Origin: an uncultured virus (IMG/VR IMGVR_UViG_3300030085_002155) | Lineage: Duplodnaviria; Heunggongvirae; Uroviricota; Caudoviricetes | Reading direction: 5' to 3' (one strand) | IMG/VR virus record: IMGVR_UViG_3300030085_002155 | Length of the DNA: 20,000 nucleotides | Shown: one piece after another, positions 8,625 through 15,842 of the stretch | Numbering within the stretch: position 1 is the stretch's first letter | Layout of the letters: every line of letters starts with the position of its first letter | Notes under the pieces: model-generated | What the model saw: the letters and a program-made list of their open reading frames with translations, nothing else | Databases searched by the model: none | What the model was told of the DNA's origin: nothing | Made by a program: the position numbers and the translations under genes

Positions 8625-8630
8625 TATAAT
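8602..8630 (+). promoter_or_regulatory. sigma70-type promoter in the cobS 3' end, serving the gp45 cluster
   Basis: TTGACG (8602-8607), 17 bp, TATAAT (8625-8630), with extended TG at 8622-8623. Confidence 0.8.
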
Positions 8631-9143
8631 ATGACTAACTCTTGGTCTTTACTATTTGATGAAATGAACCCGTCTGATATTGATTTTATTAGTGCCAACG
8701 GTGGATTTGAATACACTCCCGAATCTTGGGTTTACGAATCTCCCGATAAAGGCAAAACTGTAACTCGCCGCCGACCCGGTGCCGATTATACTGAGAGGGA
8801 GGTAATTCAAACTCCCGATCTTCCTGATGTTCCTAAGAATGACAACGGATTCTGGAAGTATCATGAGGATGTGATCCTCAAAGAGATTCGTGATTATCTT
8901 GGTGGCACTTACAATGCACACTATGCTTCTCCTGAATCTAAAACTCAGACACTTGATCTGATCGAAGGCATTGGTGATGCAGAACCATTCTGTAGATCTA
9001 ATGCAATCAAATATCTCTCTCGATTCGGTAAGAAAGGTGGTAAGTCTAAACAGGACATCCTGAAGGCAATTCACTACTGCATCCTTCTCTACCATTTCGC
9101 TGGCCTCTGTAATGAAAATTCGACCCCCTATGAAACTTTCTGA
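8631..9143 (+). CDS. DUF3310-like (SaV/T7 gp1.7-related) protein
   Basis: C-terminal TYNAHY...QTLDLIE...FCRSNAIKYLSRFGKKGG...DILKAIHY fits the DUF3310 pattern. Alternative start at ATG 8664. Confidence 0.7.
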   Translation: MTNSWSLLFDEMNPSDIDFISANGGFEYTPESWVYESPDKGKTVTRRRPGADYTEREVIQTPDLPDVPKNDNGFWKYHEDVILKEIRDYLGGTYNAHYASPESKTQTLDLIEGIGDAEPFCRSNAIKYLSRFGKKGGKSKQDILKAIHYCILLYHFAGLCNENSTPYETF

Positions 9144-9798
9144 TAAAACTCTGACTCTGCTCAAGAACTTCTCCAACATCAATCAGTCTATTCTGTTTAA
9201 GGAAGGAGATTCTCTTCGCACTATCAGTGTGATGAAAAATATCCTTGCGGAGGCTCGTGTTGAAGAATCCTTCCCCAAGGATTTTGGTATCTATGATCTC
9301 AATCAGTTCCTGAACGGACTGTCTTTGCACCAGAAACCCGAACTTCATTTTGAGAATGAAGGTTACGTTGTGATCAAAGAGGGTCGTTCTCGATCTAAGT
9401 ATTTCTTTGCAGATCCTAACGTCATCGTTACGCCTCCGGATAAATCTCTGCAACTACCCTCTGAGGATGTTTGTTTTGTTCTGGAGACCGAACAATTGGA
9501 TAAACTTCTCAAGGCATCTTCAGTCTATCAACTGCCTGACCTGTCTGTCGTTGGTGAGAATGGTGTCGTCAAACTTGTCGTTCGTGATAAGAAGACAGAT
9601 ACTTCTAATGATTTTGCTATTGTCGTTGGTGAGTCTGACAATACTTTCTGTTTCAACTTCAAGGTTGAAAACATCAAAGTCATTCCTGGAACTTATAACG
9701 TTGTTATTTCCAAGAAACTTCTTGCAAAGTTCTCCAGTACCAATTATGATCTGACTTACTATATCGCTTTGGAGCCTGACCTTTCATGGGAAGAATGA
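9112..9798 (+). CDS. gp45: gp45 sliding clamp
   Basis: MKLSDKTLTLLKNFSNINQSILFK, DFGIYDLNQFL, YFFADP, C-terminal YYIALE. The start may be ATG 9130 (MKLS). Confidence 0.96.
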   Translation: MKIRPPMKLSDKTLTLLKNFSNINQSILFKEGDSLRTISVMKNILAEARVEESFPKDFGIYDLNQFLNGLSLHQKPELHFENEGYVVIKEGRSRSKYFFADPNVIVTPPDKSLQLPSEDVCFVLETEQLDKLLKASSVYQLPDLSVVGENGVVKLVVRDKKTDTSNDFAIVVGESDNTFCFNFKVENIKVIPGTYNVVISKKLLAKFSSTNYDLTYYIALEPDLSWEE

Positions 9799-9965
9799 AA
9801 CAATATCCTTACGAGATCACCTACAAACTAAACACAACTGGTAACAAACGATTTACCAAACGTGTGGAAGCATCTCATCAGGGTGAAGCAAAAAAACTTT
9901 TTGAGGCTGAGATGCCCTCTGCAACTATCATCTGCGCTACTCCTCTTCCACAAAACAAACGATGA
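9795..9965 (+). CDS. Small hypothetical protein, 56 aa (not in ORF track)
   Basis: Hand translation: MKQYPYEITYKLNTTGNKRFTKRVEASHQGEAKKLFEAEMPSATIICATPLPQNKR*. ATGA overlaps at both ends (gp45 stop and speD start). Confidence 0.8.
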   Translation: MKQYPYEITYKLNTTGNKRFTKRVEASHQGEAKKLFEAEMPSATIICATPLPQNKR

Positions 9966-10297
9966 AACACATTCTCTTCACTTTGAAGGGTTGTCCTTAT
10001 GGACTCTGTGATGATGAATCGCATATCAGAGAAATGTTGGTTAACGCTACAACCCTCTCAGAGAGTACGTTGTTGAATGTGTCCTCCCATAAATTTACCC
10101 CTTGTGGGGTGACTGCCATCGCACTTCTTGCCGAATCGCATATCTCGATTCATACTTGGCCAGAGAAAGGCATGGCAGTTTGTGACGTTTTTACCTGTGG
10201 TGATCATACGATGCCGGAATCTGCGGTAAGATACATGTATGACACTATGCAGTCAACTGACATGGTTTCGGAAAAATTTATCAGACCTTTGGAATGA
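9962..10297 (+). CDS. speD: S-adenosylmethionine decarboxylase proenzyme (pyruvoyl-dependent, class 1b)
   Basis: HKFTPCGVTAIALLAESHISIHTWPEKG...DVFTCG contains the ESH self-cleavage site and the TCG motif. Confidence 0.93.
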   Translation: MKHILFTLKGCPYGLCDDESHIREMLVNATTLSESTLLNVSSHKFTPCGVTAIALLAESHISIHTWPEKGMAVCDVFTCGDHTMPESAVRYMYDTMQSTDMVSEKFIRPLE

Positions 10298-10821
10298 ATA
10301 TTTTTGTGACGGACTATAGTCCATCAAAATCTGCAAAAGTTTTACCCGACAAACACGTCGTCAAAATGCCTCTTGAGTGTTGTCAAATGCTCTCGATTAT
10401 TTTTTCTAAGTGGTATTATGATTGGGGTCCACTACCTAAAAAAGATGGTGGGTATTATGCGACTACTAAAGGTGCATTTCGCAATCATCCTTGTACCAAA
10501 TGGGCTGCAGAAAACCATTTCAATACTGCGTGGTTGATTGCACATGGTATCGCATTATGCACCGAATATCGTCACAGATATGGTAAAATACATTCATGCA
10601 ATGATACCCTGTTTGAAGCGAAGAAATTGTTTCATCGCAAATCAAACAAAGCGGTAACGTGTCATACCTTAGCAAAAGACTTCGCACGAGCAATGCCCAA
10701 TGAGTTTAAATATGACACAAGCATTGACACTCTTACTGCTTACAAAATGTACATTGTCAGCAAACCTTGGGTTGCATCTAATTATCTTCGTGACCCATCC
10801 CGAAAACCAGATTGGATTTGA
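10294..10821 (+). CDS. Pyrimidine-dimer DNA glycosylase / endonuclease V-like protein
   Basis: MNIF...DKHVVKMPLECCQMLS, NHPCTKWA, LCTEYRHRYGKIH, FARAMP, AYKMY..SK match the phage Pyr_excise-like family pattern. Confidence 0.75.
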   Translation: MNIFVTDYSPSKSAKVLPDKHVVKMPLECCQMLSIIFSKWYYDWGPLPKKDGGYYATTKGAFRNHPCTKWAAENHFNTAWLIAHGIALCTEYRHRYGKIHSCNDTLFEAKKLFHRKSNKAVTCHTLAKDFARAMPNEFKYDTSIDTLTAYKMYIVSKPWVASNYLRDPSRKPDWI

Positions 10822-10824
10822 TTT

Positions 10825-11046
10825 ATGAAACTATTGACACTTGAAGACTATGAGAAGGCAGGAGAAACCTTTTGGCCAAAGTATTGGTACGTCTCCAAAG
10901 AACTTGGTGAAGGTGCCAAAGCAGAGGACATTCTGAAAGTCCTTGAGTCCATCGGTACAGTTGCACTGAGATTGAAGATGGAAGAAAAAGAAGGTCCTTT
11001 TGGATTTAATAAAGATAAAGATAAAGATACTGAAGAGTCCGAATGA
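10825..11046 (+). CDS. Hypothetical protein
   Basis: 73-aa ORF packed between neighbours: 3 nt after the upstream stop, ATGA overlap downstream. Confidence 0.75.
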   Translation: MKLLTLEDYEKAGETFWPKYWYVSKELGEGAKAEDILKVLESIGTVALRLKMEEKEGPFGFNKDKDKDTEESE

Positions 11047-11201
11047 ATCTATCGTTGCAAGAAGTTGACCACATCCTCAAAGCACTGGATACAATGTCAT
11101 CCCATGATGTTGCGAGGGCAAGAGAACAAATTACACCAGGAGTTGTAGATCATCTACGACTAGTACAAAAACTGAGGGATTATCGTCTTCGTCTCACTTG
11201 A
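11043..11201 (+). CDS. Small hypothetical protein, 52 aa (not in ORF track)
   Basis: Hand translation: MNLSLQEVDHILKALDTMSSHDVARAREQITPGVVDHLRLVQKLRDYRLRLT*. ATGA overlap upstream; only 1 nt separates its stop from the next ATG. Confidence 0.75.
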   Translation: MNLSLQEVDHILKALDTMSSHDVARAREQITPGVVDHLRLVQKLRDYRLRLT

Positions 11202-11202
11202 T

Positions 11203-11661
11203 ATGAAAGAATTTGATTATGATCTGGATTACAAGAAACTTGACTTCACAGATGAGGAGACTCGCAAACTTTATCGTATTGGAAGGGGGGAACAAGGAGT
11301 GCTACTGGTACGCCCTTACACTAACGATATATGCGCTCATTGGAGATTTGTAGATGAACCTACTGCTCGCAAATCTGCTGATACGATATACCAAATGTTC
11401 CTTGGATTTAAAGCCAAACGGGACTTCATTGGTATGGACATGGCGAGGAAATTCTTGGAGATGGGTTTTACAAGAGCACGTCGCTATGCTAATCATTCCA
11501 GTGGAAGGAAGTACGATAAAATGTCTGGTAAAGTCAGNNNNNNNNNNTGGAGAACAAATACAAAAGCAAAGAGTGCTGCTATTTTTAAGGAAGTGCGAGA
11601 TAAAGCTGCATATGATGCAGAGTATGTTAAAATGAGAAAGGAGTGGAGAACCTCTGAATGA
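11203..11661 (+). CDS. DUF4385-like protein (spans a 10-N assembly gap)
   Basis: YRIGRGEQGVLLVRPY...WRF...DFIGMDMARKFLEMGFTRARRYANH..GRKY recognised as the DUF4385 pattern. Confidence 0.75.
   Translation: MKEFDYDLDYKKLDFTDEETRKLYRIGRGEQGVLLVRPYTNDICAHWRFVDEPTARKSADTIYQMFLGFKAKRDFIGMDMARKFLEMGFTRARRYANHSSGRKYDKMSGKVXXXXWRTNTKAKSAAIFKEVRDKAAYDAEYVKMRKEWRTSE
11538..11547. other. Assembly gap (10 N)
   Basis: Run of ten n characters. Confidence 1.
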
Positions 11662-12602
11662 ATAATGATTTTCTTTGGGTTGAGAAGTATCGACCCAAAA
11701 CTATTGAAGAATGTATCCTTCCGGATAATATTAAAACCACCTTTCAAAGTTTCCTAGATAGAGGTGAAGTACCTAACTTACTTCTGGCTGGGCCTGCAGG
11801 ATGTGGAAAAACCACAATCGCAAAAGCGTTATGCAACGAACTCGGAGTAGACTATTATGTCATCAACGGATCCGATGAAGGACGGTTCCTTGATACGGTC
11901 AGAAATACTGCAAAAAATTTCGCTTCGACCGTCTCACTTCAAGGAGCTGGTAAACACAAAGTCATCATCATCGATGAGGCTGATAACACAACAAACGACG
12001 TACAACTCTTACTTAGGGCGTTTACAGAGGAGTTTCATGGGAATTGTAGGTTTATCTTCACCTGCAACTTCAAAAACAAACTCATTGAACCCCTTCATTC
12101 CCGATGTGCCTGCATCGAGTTTGGGATCAACAACAAACAAAAACCTGCCATCGCAGCAAAGTTCTTCAAACGACTTGGAACTATCTTGGAGGCAGAGGGT
12201 GTTGAATATGATCCGAGAGTACTTGTCGAGTTAATCAATAAACACTTCCCCGACTGGCGACGTGTTCTTAATGAATGTCAAAGATATGCCGTTGGTGGTA
12301 AGATTGACACTGGCATTCTTGCAACCTTTAGTGATGTATCTGTAAATGATCTCGTTAAAAAACTTAAAGAGAAAAATTTCCCGGAAGTACGACGTTGGGT
12401 CGTTGATAATTTGGACAATGATCCTAGTGTACTTTTGCGTCGTGTTTACGATGCTCTTCCTGCATCCGTGGACGGTCCTTCTCTTGCTGCTGCTGTGCTT
12501 ATTATTGCTAAGTATCAGTATCAAATCGCATTCGTCGCGGATCAAGAAATAAATCTTTTGGCAGCGATGACTGAAATTATGTGTGAATGTGAATTCAAAT
12601 GA
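11658..12602 (+). CDS. gp44: gp44 clamp loader, large (ATPase) subunit
   Basis: LWVEKYRPKTIEECILP, Walker A GPAGCGKTT, IIIDEAD, SRC motif (PLHSRC), HFPDWRR. Confidence 0.97.
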   Translation: MNNDFLWVEKYRPKTIEECILPDNIKTTFQSFLDRGEVPNLLLAGPAGCGKTTIAKALCNELGVDYYVINGSDEGRFLDTVRNTAKNFASTVSLQGAGKHKVIIIDEADNTTNDVQLLLRAFTEEFHGNCRFIFTCNFKNKLIEPLHSRCACIEFGINNKQKPAIAAKFFKRLGTILEAEGVEYDPRVLVELINKHFPDWRRVLNECQRYAVGGKIDTGILATFSDVSVNDLVKKLKEKNFPEVRRWVVDNLDNDPSVLLRRVYDALPASVDGPSLAAAVLIIAKYQYQIAFVADQEINLLAAMTEIMCECEFK

Positions 12603-12790
12603 AAATTCCTAGACAAAAGAAATCCAGAACATACTATTATTTCTGGTCTTTCATGGCACTTACAGTATTCTTTGGACAACTATATGTTGGATATGGATAC
12701 CGTCTCATGCATGGAAGTATGCTAGACCTACTTGATAAAGTTGATGGAGTCCTGCTCCATGTAGAAAAACCAAAAAACAATTATTTTTGA
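12599..12790 (+). CDS. Small hypothetical membrane protein
   Basis: ATGA overlap with the gp44 stop. Basic N-terminus followed by hydrophobic segment YYYFWSFMALTVFFGQLYVGYGY. Confidence 0.7.
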   Translation: MKIPRQKKSRTYYYFWSFMALTVFFGQLYVGYGYRLMHGSMLDLLDKVDGVLLHVEKPKNNYF

Positions 12791-12792
12791 TC

Positions 12793-13086
12793 ATGCTTGA
12801 TGTTAAACTGATTCGCGTTGTCACTGGAGAAGAAGTGGTAGCAGAACTTGTTTCCGAGACTCCTGAAACAATTACTGTAAAGAACGGACTTGTAGTCATT
12901 CCTCAGGCTCAGAATGTTGGATTCGCTCCTTGGGCCACAGTCATTTCTAGAGACAGTCCTGAGATCACTGTGTCTCGTAACCATGTTGTTTACATTGCAG
13001 AACTGGACTCTGCAGTGAAAAAGAAGTATAATGACCTGTATGGGAGTAAGTTGATTACTCCGGACGAAAAGAAGTTGGTGCTGTAA
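12793..13086 (+). CDS. Conserved hypothetical protein, putative Sm-like fold (paralog 2)
   Basis: ATG at 12793 preferred over TTG 12787. VKLIRVVTGEEVVAEL...KNGLVV...FAPW...NHVVYIAE...KKY. Confidence 0.8.
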   Translation: MLDVKLIRVVTGEEVVAELVSETPETITVKNGLVVIPQAQNVGFAPWATVISRDSPEITVSRNHVVYIAELDSAVKKKYNDLYGSKLITPDEKKLVL

Positions 13087-13090
13087 CTTT

Positions 13091-14212
13091 ATGATCACAA
13101 TTCCTATTGAAGAACTTAGACATATTATTGAGGAATTTACCACTTACTTTAGTGAGTTCAATCGCATCGATGATTATCTAAGGAAAGTAAAAGAAGAAAA
13201 GATCGCCAACCTTGGTATCAATCCTCTGTTTCCACTGGAGGATGATTTTTTTGATTCTTGGGATATGAATCCAGAGGATATGTCTATCGACTTCAATGTC
13301 GAAGAAAGTGGGGAAGTATTCAATAATTATCTGGCGATCACAACATCTCACGCCATTGAGGAATCTATTCCCGGTAAGACTATTCGTATCATTGTTCGGG
13401 AGAAAAACACGAATAAGATCTTGGGATTTATTCGACTCGGATCTCCTCTTGTAAACTCTCGTCCCAGAAACGTTTGGTTGGGTGACACTCCTAATCTGTC
13501 TCTACTCAATAGACACACGATTATGGGATTCATTATTGTTCCTACTCAACCGTTTGGATACAATTGCCTTGGCGGTAAGTTGCTCTCTTTGATCTGTTGT
13601 TCACATGAGATTCGTGAACTGATCGATAAAAAATATGACAGTAATATTTGTTGTTTTGAGACGACATCATTGTATGGTAGTACCAAATCTTCCTCACAAT
13701 ATGATGGTCTAAAGCCATACCTAAGATTCAAAGGACTTACTGATAGTAATTTTCTACCACTTCTTCCTGGACCATTATTCAAAAGACTGGAGAAATTGTT
13801 CAGGGCATACATGAGTAATGATCCCAGTGCCACACTGGTTAAGAAGAATGCGTCTAGTAGAAAACTGAAGACACAACAGAAGATGATTGCGATCATCAAG
13901 GCAAATCTTCAGGAATATCCAGATGATCTTGCTCAGTTTGAGGCAGGACTGGAGAAGTTCAAGAATCTGACTGAGAGAAAGAGATTCTACATGTCTGACT
14001 ATGGATTTCAAAACTCCCGCGAAGTTTTGAAAGGTGAGACTGATGTTCTTGTGAAGAATCCAATCAACTATGACAAGTTCTATATGGAGAACATTGTTAA
14101 GTGGTGGAAGAACAAGGCATCGACTAGGTATCAAACTCTTACATCAGATGACAGACTTCGACGGGAACTAGAAGTTTGGACTAAGGACATGGATATTGAT
14201 ATCATTCGATGA
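13091..14212 (+). CDS. DUF4338 / Druantia DruA-like protein (possible GNAT-like fold)
   Basis: IPGKTIRIIVRE...ILGFIRLGSP...RNVWLG; VPTQPFGYNCLGGKLLSLICCSHE; ETTSLYG...SSQYD resemble the DUF4338/DruA motifs (GGKL, TTSLYG, SQY). Confidence 0.65.
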   Translation: MITIPIEELRHIIEEFTTYFSEFNRIDDYLRKVKEEKIANLGINPLFPLEDDFFDSWDMNPEDMSIDFNVEESGEVFNNYLAITTSHAIEESIPGKTIRIIVREKNTNKILGFIRLGSPLVNSRPRNVWLGDTPNLSLLNRHTIMGFIIVPTQPFGYNCLGGKLLSLICCSHEIRELIDKKYDSNICCFETTSLYGSTKSSSQYDGLKPYLRFKGLTDSNFLPLLPGPLFKRLEKLFRAYMSNDPSATLVKKNASSRKLKTQQKMIAIIKANLQEYPDDLAQFEAGLEKFKNLTERKRFYMSDYGFQNSREVLKGETDVLVKNPINYDKFYMENIVKWWKNKASTRYQTLTSDDRLRRELEVWTKDMDIDIIR

Positions 14213-14478
14213 CAAAATTTTGGAACATATGGAAGTATTCATTGGGGAGTTTTAGTGACGACAAGACAGCTCCTTACGATAATTATGTTGCTCTCATACG
14301 CACCTGTATATTTGTTAGTTACATGGTCACTAACACTTTTATTATATCTGGAGTAATCCGACACTGGAACAATGACACTAGAACTGAAGGACTGGTTGAA
14401 CTCAATCAACTTTACGAAAAAGGATCTGACAGAAGGGGATCCGGAAGCGATCAAAAAGTATGCCCCTTTCATCGTTAA
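14209..14478 (+). CDS. Small hypothetical membrane protein; 3' end overlaps gp62
   Basis: ATGA overlap upstream. WKYSLGSFSDDKT..YDN then hydrophobic helix VALIRTCIFVSYMVTNTFIISGVIRHW. The last 107 nt overlap gp62 in another frame. Confidence 0.65.
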   Translation: MTKFWNIWKYSLGSFSDDKTAPYDNYVALIRTCIFVSYMVTNTFIISGVIRHWNNDTRTEGLVELNQLYEKGSDRRGSGSDQKVCPFHR

Positions 14479-14758
14479 CAAATGTTTGAGTGGATCTGTT
14501 GACTCGGTTTTGTTTGCTAATGAGATGAATCTTAGTCATTATCTCGACAAAGATATGCAATATTCTTTTTATCTAAATAGTCTGAGGAAAAGAAAGAGAT
14601 TCTCCCCTTGGCTCCGAAAGGATAAAGTCCAGGATCTAGAATGTGTCAAACAATACTATGGTTATAGTAATGAGAAGGCATCTCAAGCTCTGAAAATTCT
14701 TACCAAAGAACAGATTAACTTTATTAAACAACGACTTGATGTTGGAGGAATGAAATGA
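14372..14758 (+). CDS. gp62: gp62 clamp loader, small subunit
   Basis: ELKDWLNSIN..K, YAPFIVNKCLS, FANEMN, RKRKRFSPW, VKQYYGYSNEKA..AL.IL. Directly before regA. Confidence 0.93.
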   Translation: MTLELKDWLNSINFTKKDLTEGDPEAIKKYAPFIVNKCLSGSVDSVLFANEMNLSHYLDKDMQYSFYLNSLRKRKRFSPWLRKDKVQDLECVKQYYGYSNEKASQALKILTKEQINFIKQRLDVGGMK

Positions 14759-15207
14759 GTGGTAGCGCTGATTTTGGTGTAACTTGGGATCCCAACCAAA
14801 TGGTTGAGATTGTTCTGAGTGAACCAGATGATTTTTTGAAGGTTCGTGAGACACTGACACGAATTGGAGTTGCATCCAGAAAGGAGAAGAAACTCTATCA
14901 ATCTTGTCACATCCTGCACAAGCAGGGTAAGTATTATATTGTTCACTTTAAGGAGTTGTTTGCTCTTGACGGCAAACACGCTAACCTCACTGTGAATGAT
15001 GTTCAACGTAGAAACCGTATTGCTCAGTTGTTATCTGACTGGGGACTTATTACGGTAGTAGACCAGAACGATGTATCGGATGTTGCTCCGCTCAACCAAA
15101 TCAAAGTTCTTGCCTACAAAGAAAAAAATGAATGGACTTTAGAAACCAAGTATAATATTGGTAAGAAGAAGTCTGGTGAACAAAGAGAATCTAATGGCGA
15201 AAGTTAA
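14755..15207 (+). CDS. regA: RegA translational repressor
   Basis: EPDDFLKVRETLTRIGVASRKEKKLYQSCHILHKQGKYYIVHFKELFALDG...RRNRIAQLLSDWGL. GGAGG Shine-Dalgarno upstream. Confidence 0.97.
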   Translation: MSGSADFGVTWDPNQMVEIVLSEPDDFLKVRETLTRIGVASRKEKKLYQSCHILHKQGKYYIVHFKELFALDGKHANLTVNDVQRRNRIAQLLSDWGLITVVDQNDVSDVAPLNQIKVLAYKEKNEWTLETKYNIGKKKSGEQRESNGES

Positions 15208-15835
15208 TTGGCATCCATGGAGACCTGGGGATGATAATCATCCTCTTTTCATTGATCAAGTTTACATAGGACCAAAGAAATATTTTGATACGGAAGATTT
15301 TTCTTCCTATGATTTCTATCATTGTCCTGCTTGGAATTCTTGGGCAAAAAATACTTGGGTTTTTTATTCCCAGCTTGATTGGAATGTTGAATTGATTGGT
15401 GGTCAAGTTCATGTTCACACTGATCATAGTCATTTCAATGAATTGATGGGTGACATTCAGGTTGTGAATGACGAGATGATCATTCAACTAGACCCACTCT
15501 GCTTATTGTGGACCAATAATAAAAATATTTGGTTGGAACAATTACCATACCCTGGTTTGGAAATCATTCCTGGTCAGTTTAAATTGGGTAATTGGACTCG
15601 TACATTGTCTTTGGCGTTTAGGACTAAACATCTAAACATCAAACGTGGAGATCCTATTTTTATGGTTAGGTTTAATGGTGCTGGTCAAAATTATGATCTG
15701 TCAAAAACAAAACCCACAGAGAAAATTATAAAAACCGCAGAGAAAAATCTTGGTTTGAAGAAATATCTACCCGGAAAGTCCTGGGAATTGTCAACAAAAG
15801 AAACGAAATGCCCTTTCTCGTTTCTTTGGGTATAA
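15194..15835 (+). CDS. Hypothetical protein (possible dUTPase-like beta fold, DUF6065-like)
   Basis: Probable start ATG 15194 (ORF track uses TTG 15158). Motifs CPAW, IIPGQF, IKRGDPIFMVRF, C-terminal KCPF. Family call is tentative. Confidence 0.7.
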   Translation: MAKVNWHPWRPGDDNHPLFIDQVYIGPKKYFDTEDFSSYDFYHCPAWNSWAKNTWVFYSQLDWNVELIGGQVHVHTDHSHFNELMGDIQVVNDEMIIQLDPLCLLWTNNKNIWLEQLPYPGLEIIPGQFKLGNWTRTLSLAFRTKHLNIKRGDPIFMVRFNGAGQNYDLSKTKPTEKIIKTAEKNLGLKKYLPGKSWELSTKETKCPFSFLWV

Positions 15836-15838
15836 ATA
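15831..15838 (+). promoter_or_regulatory. T4-type late promoter (gp55-dependent) upstream of the candidate sRNA
   Basis: Exact TATAAATA, overlapping the stop codon of the upstream ORF. Confidence 0.7.
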
Positions 15839-15842
15839 ATAA

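Noticed and set aside
11011..11028. (AAAGAT)x3 microsatellite
   Set aside because: In-frame 6-mer encoding a KDKDKD tail; too short to suggest phase variation.
11538..11547. Possible frameshift or pseudogene in the DUF4385-like gene
   Set aside because: It is an assembly gap of uncertain true length; both flanks read as plausible in-frame protein.
14573..14579. CTAAATA late-promoter-like sequence inside gp62
   Set aside because: Explained by the YLNS codons and not an exact TATAAATA.
14762..14767. GTAGCG in the first codons of regA, complementary to the candidate sRNA's CGCTAC
   Set aside because: Only 6-7 bp, expected by chance in 20 kb; cannot be supported without conservation data.
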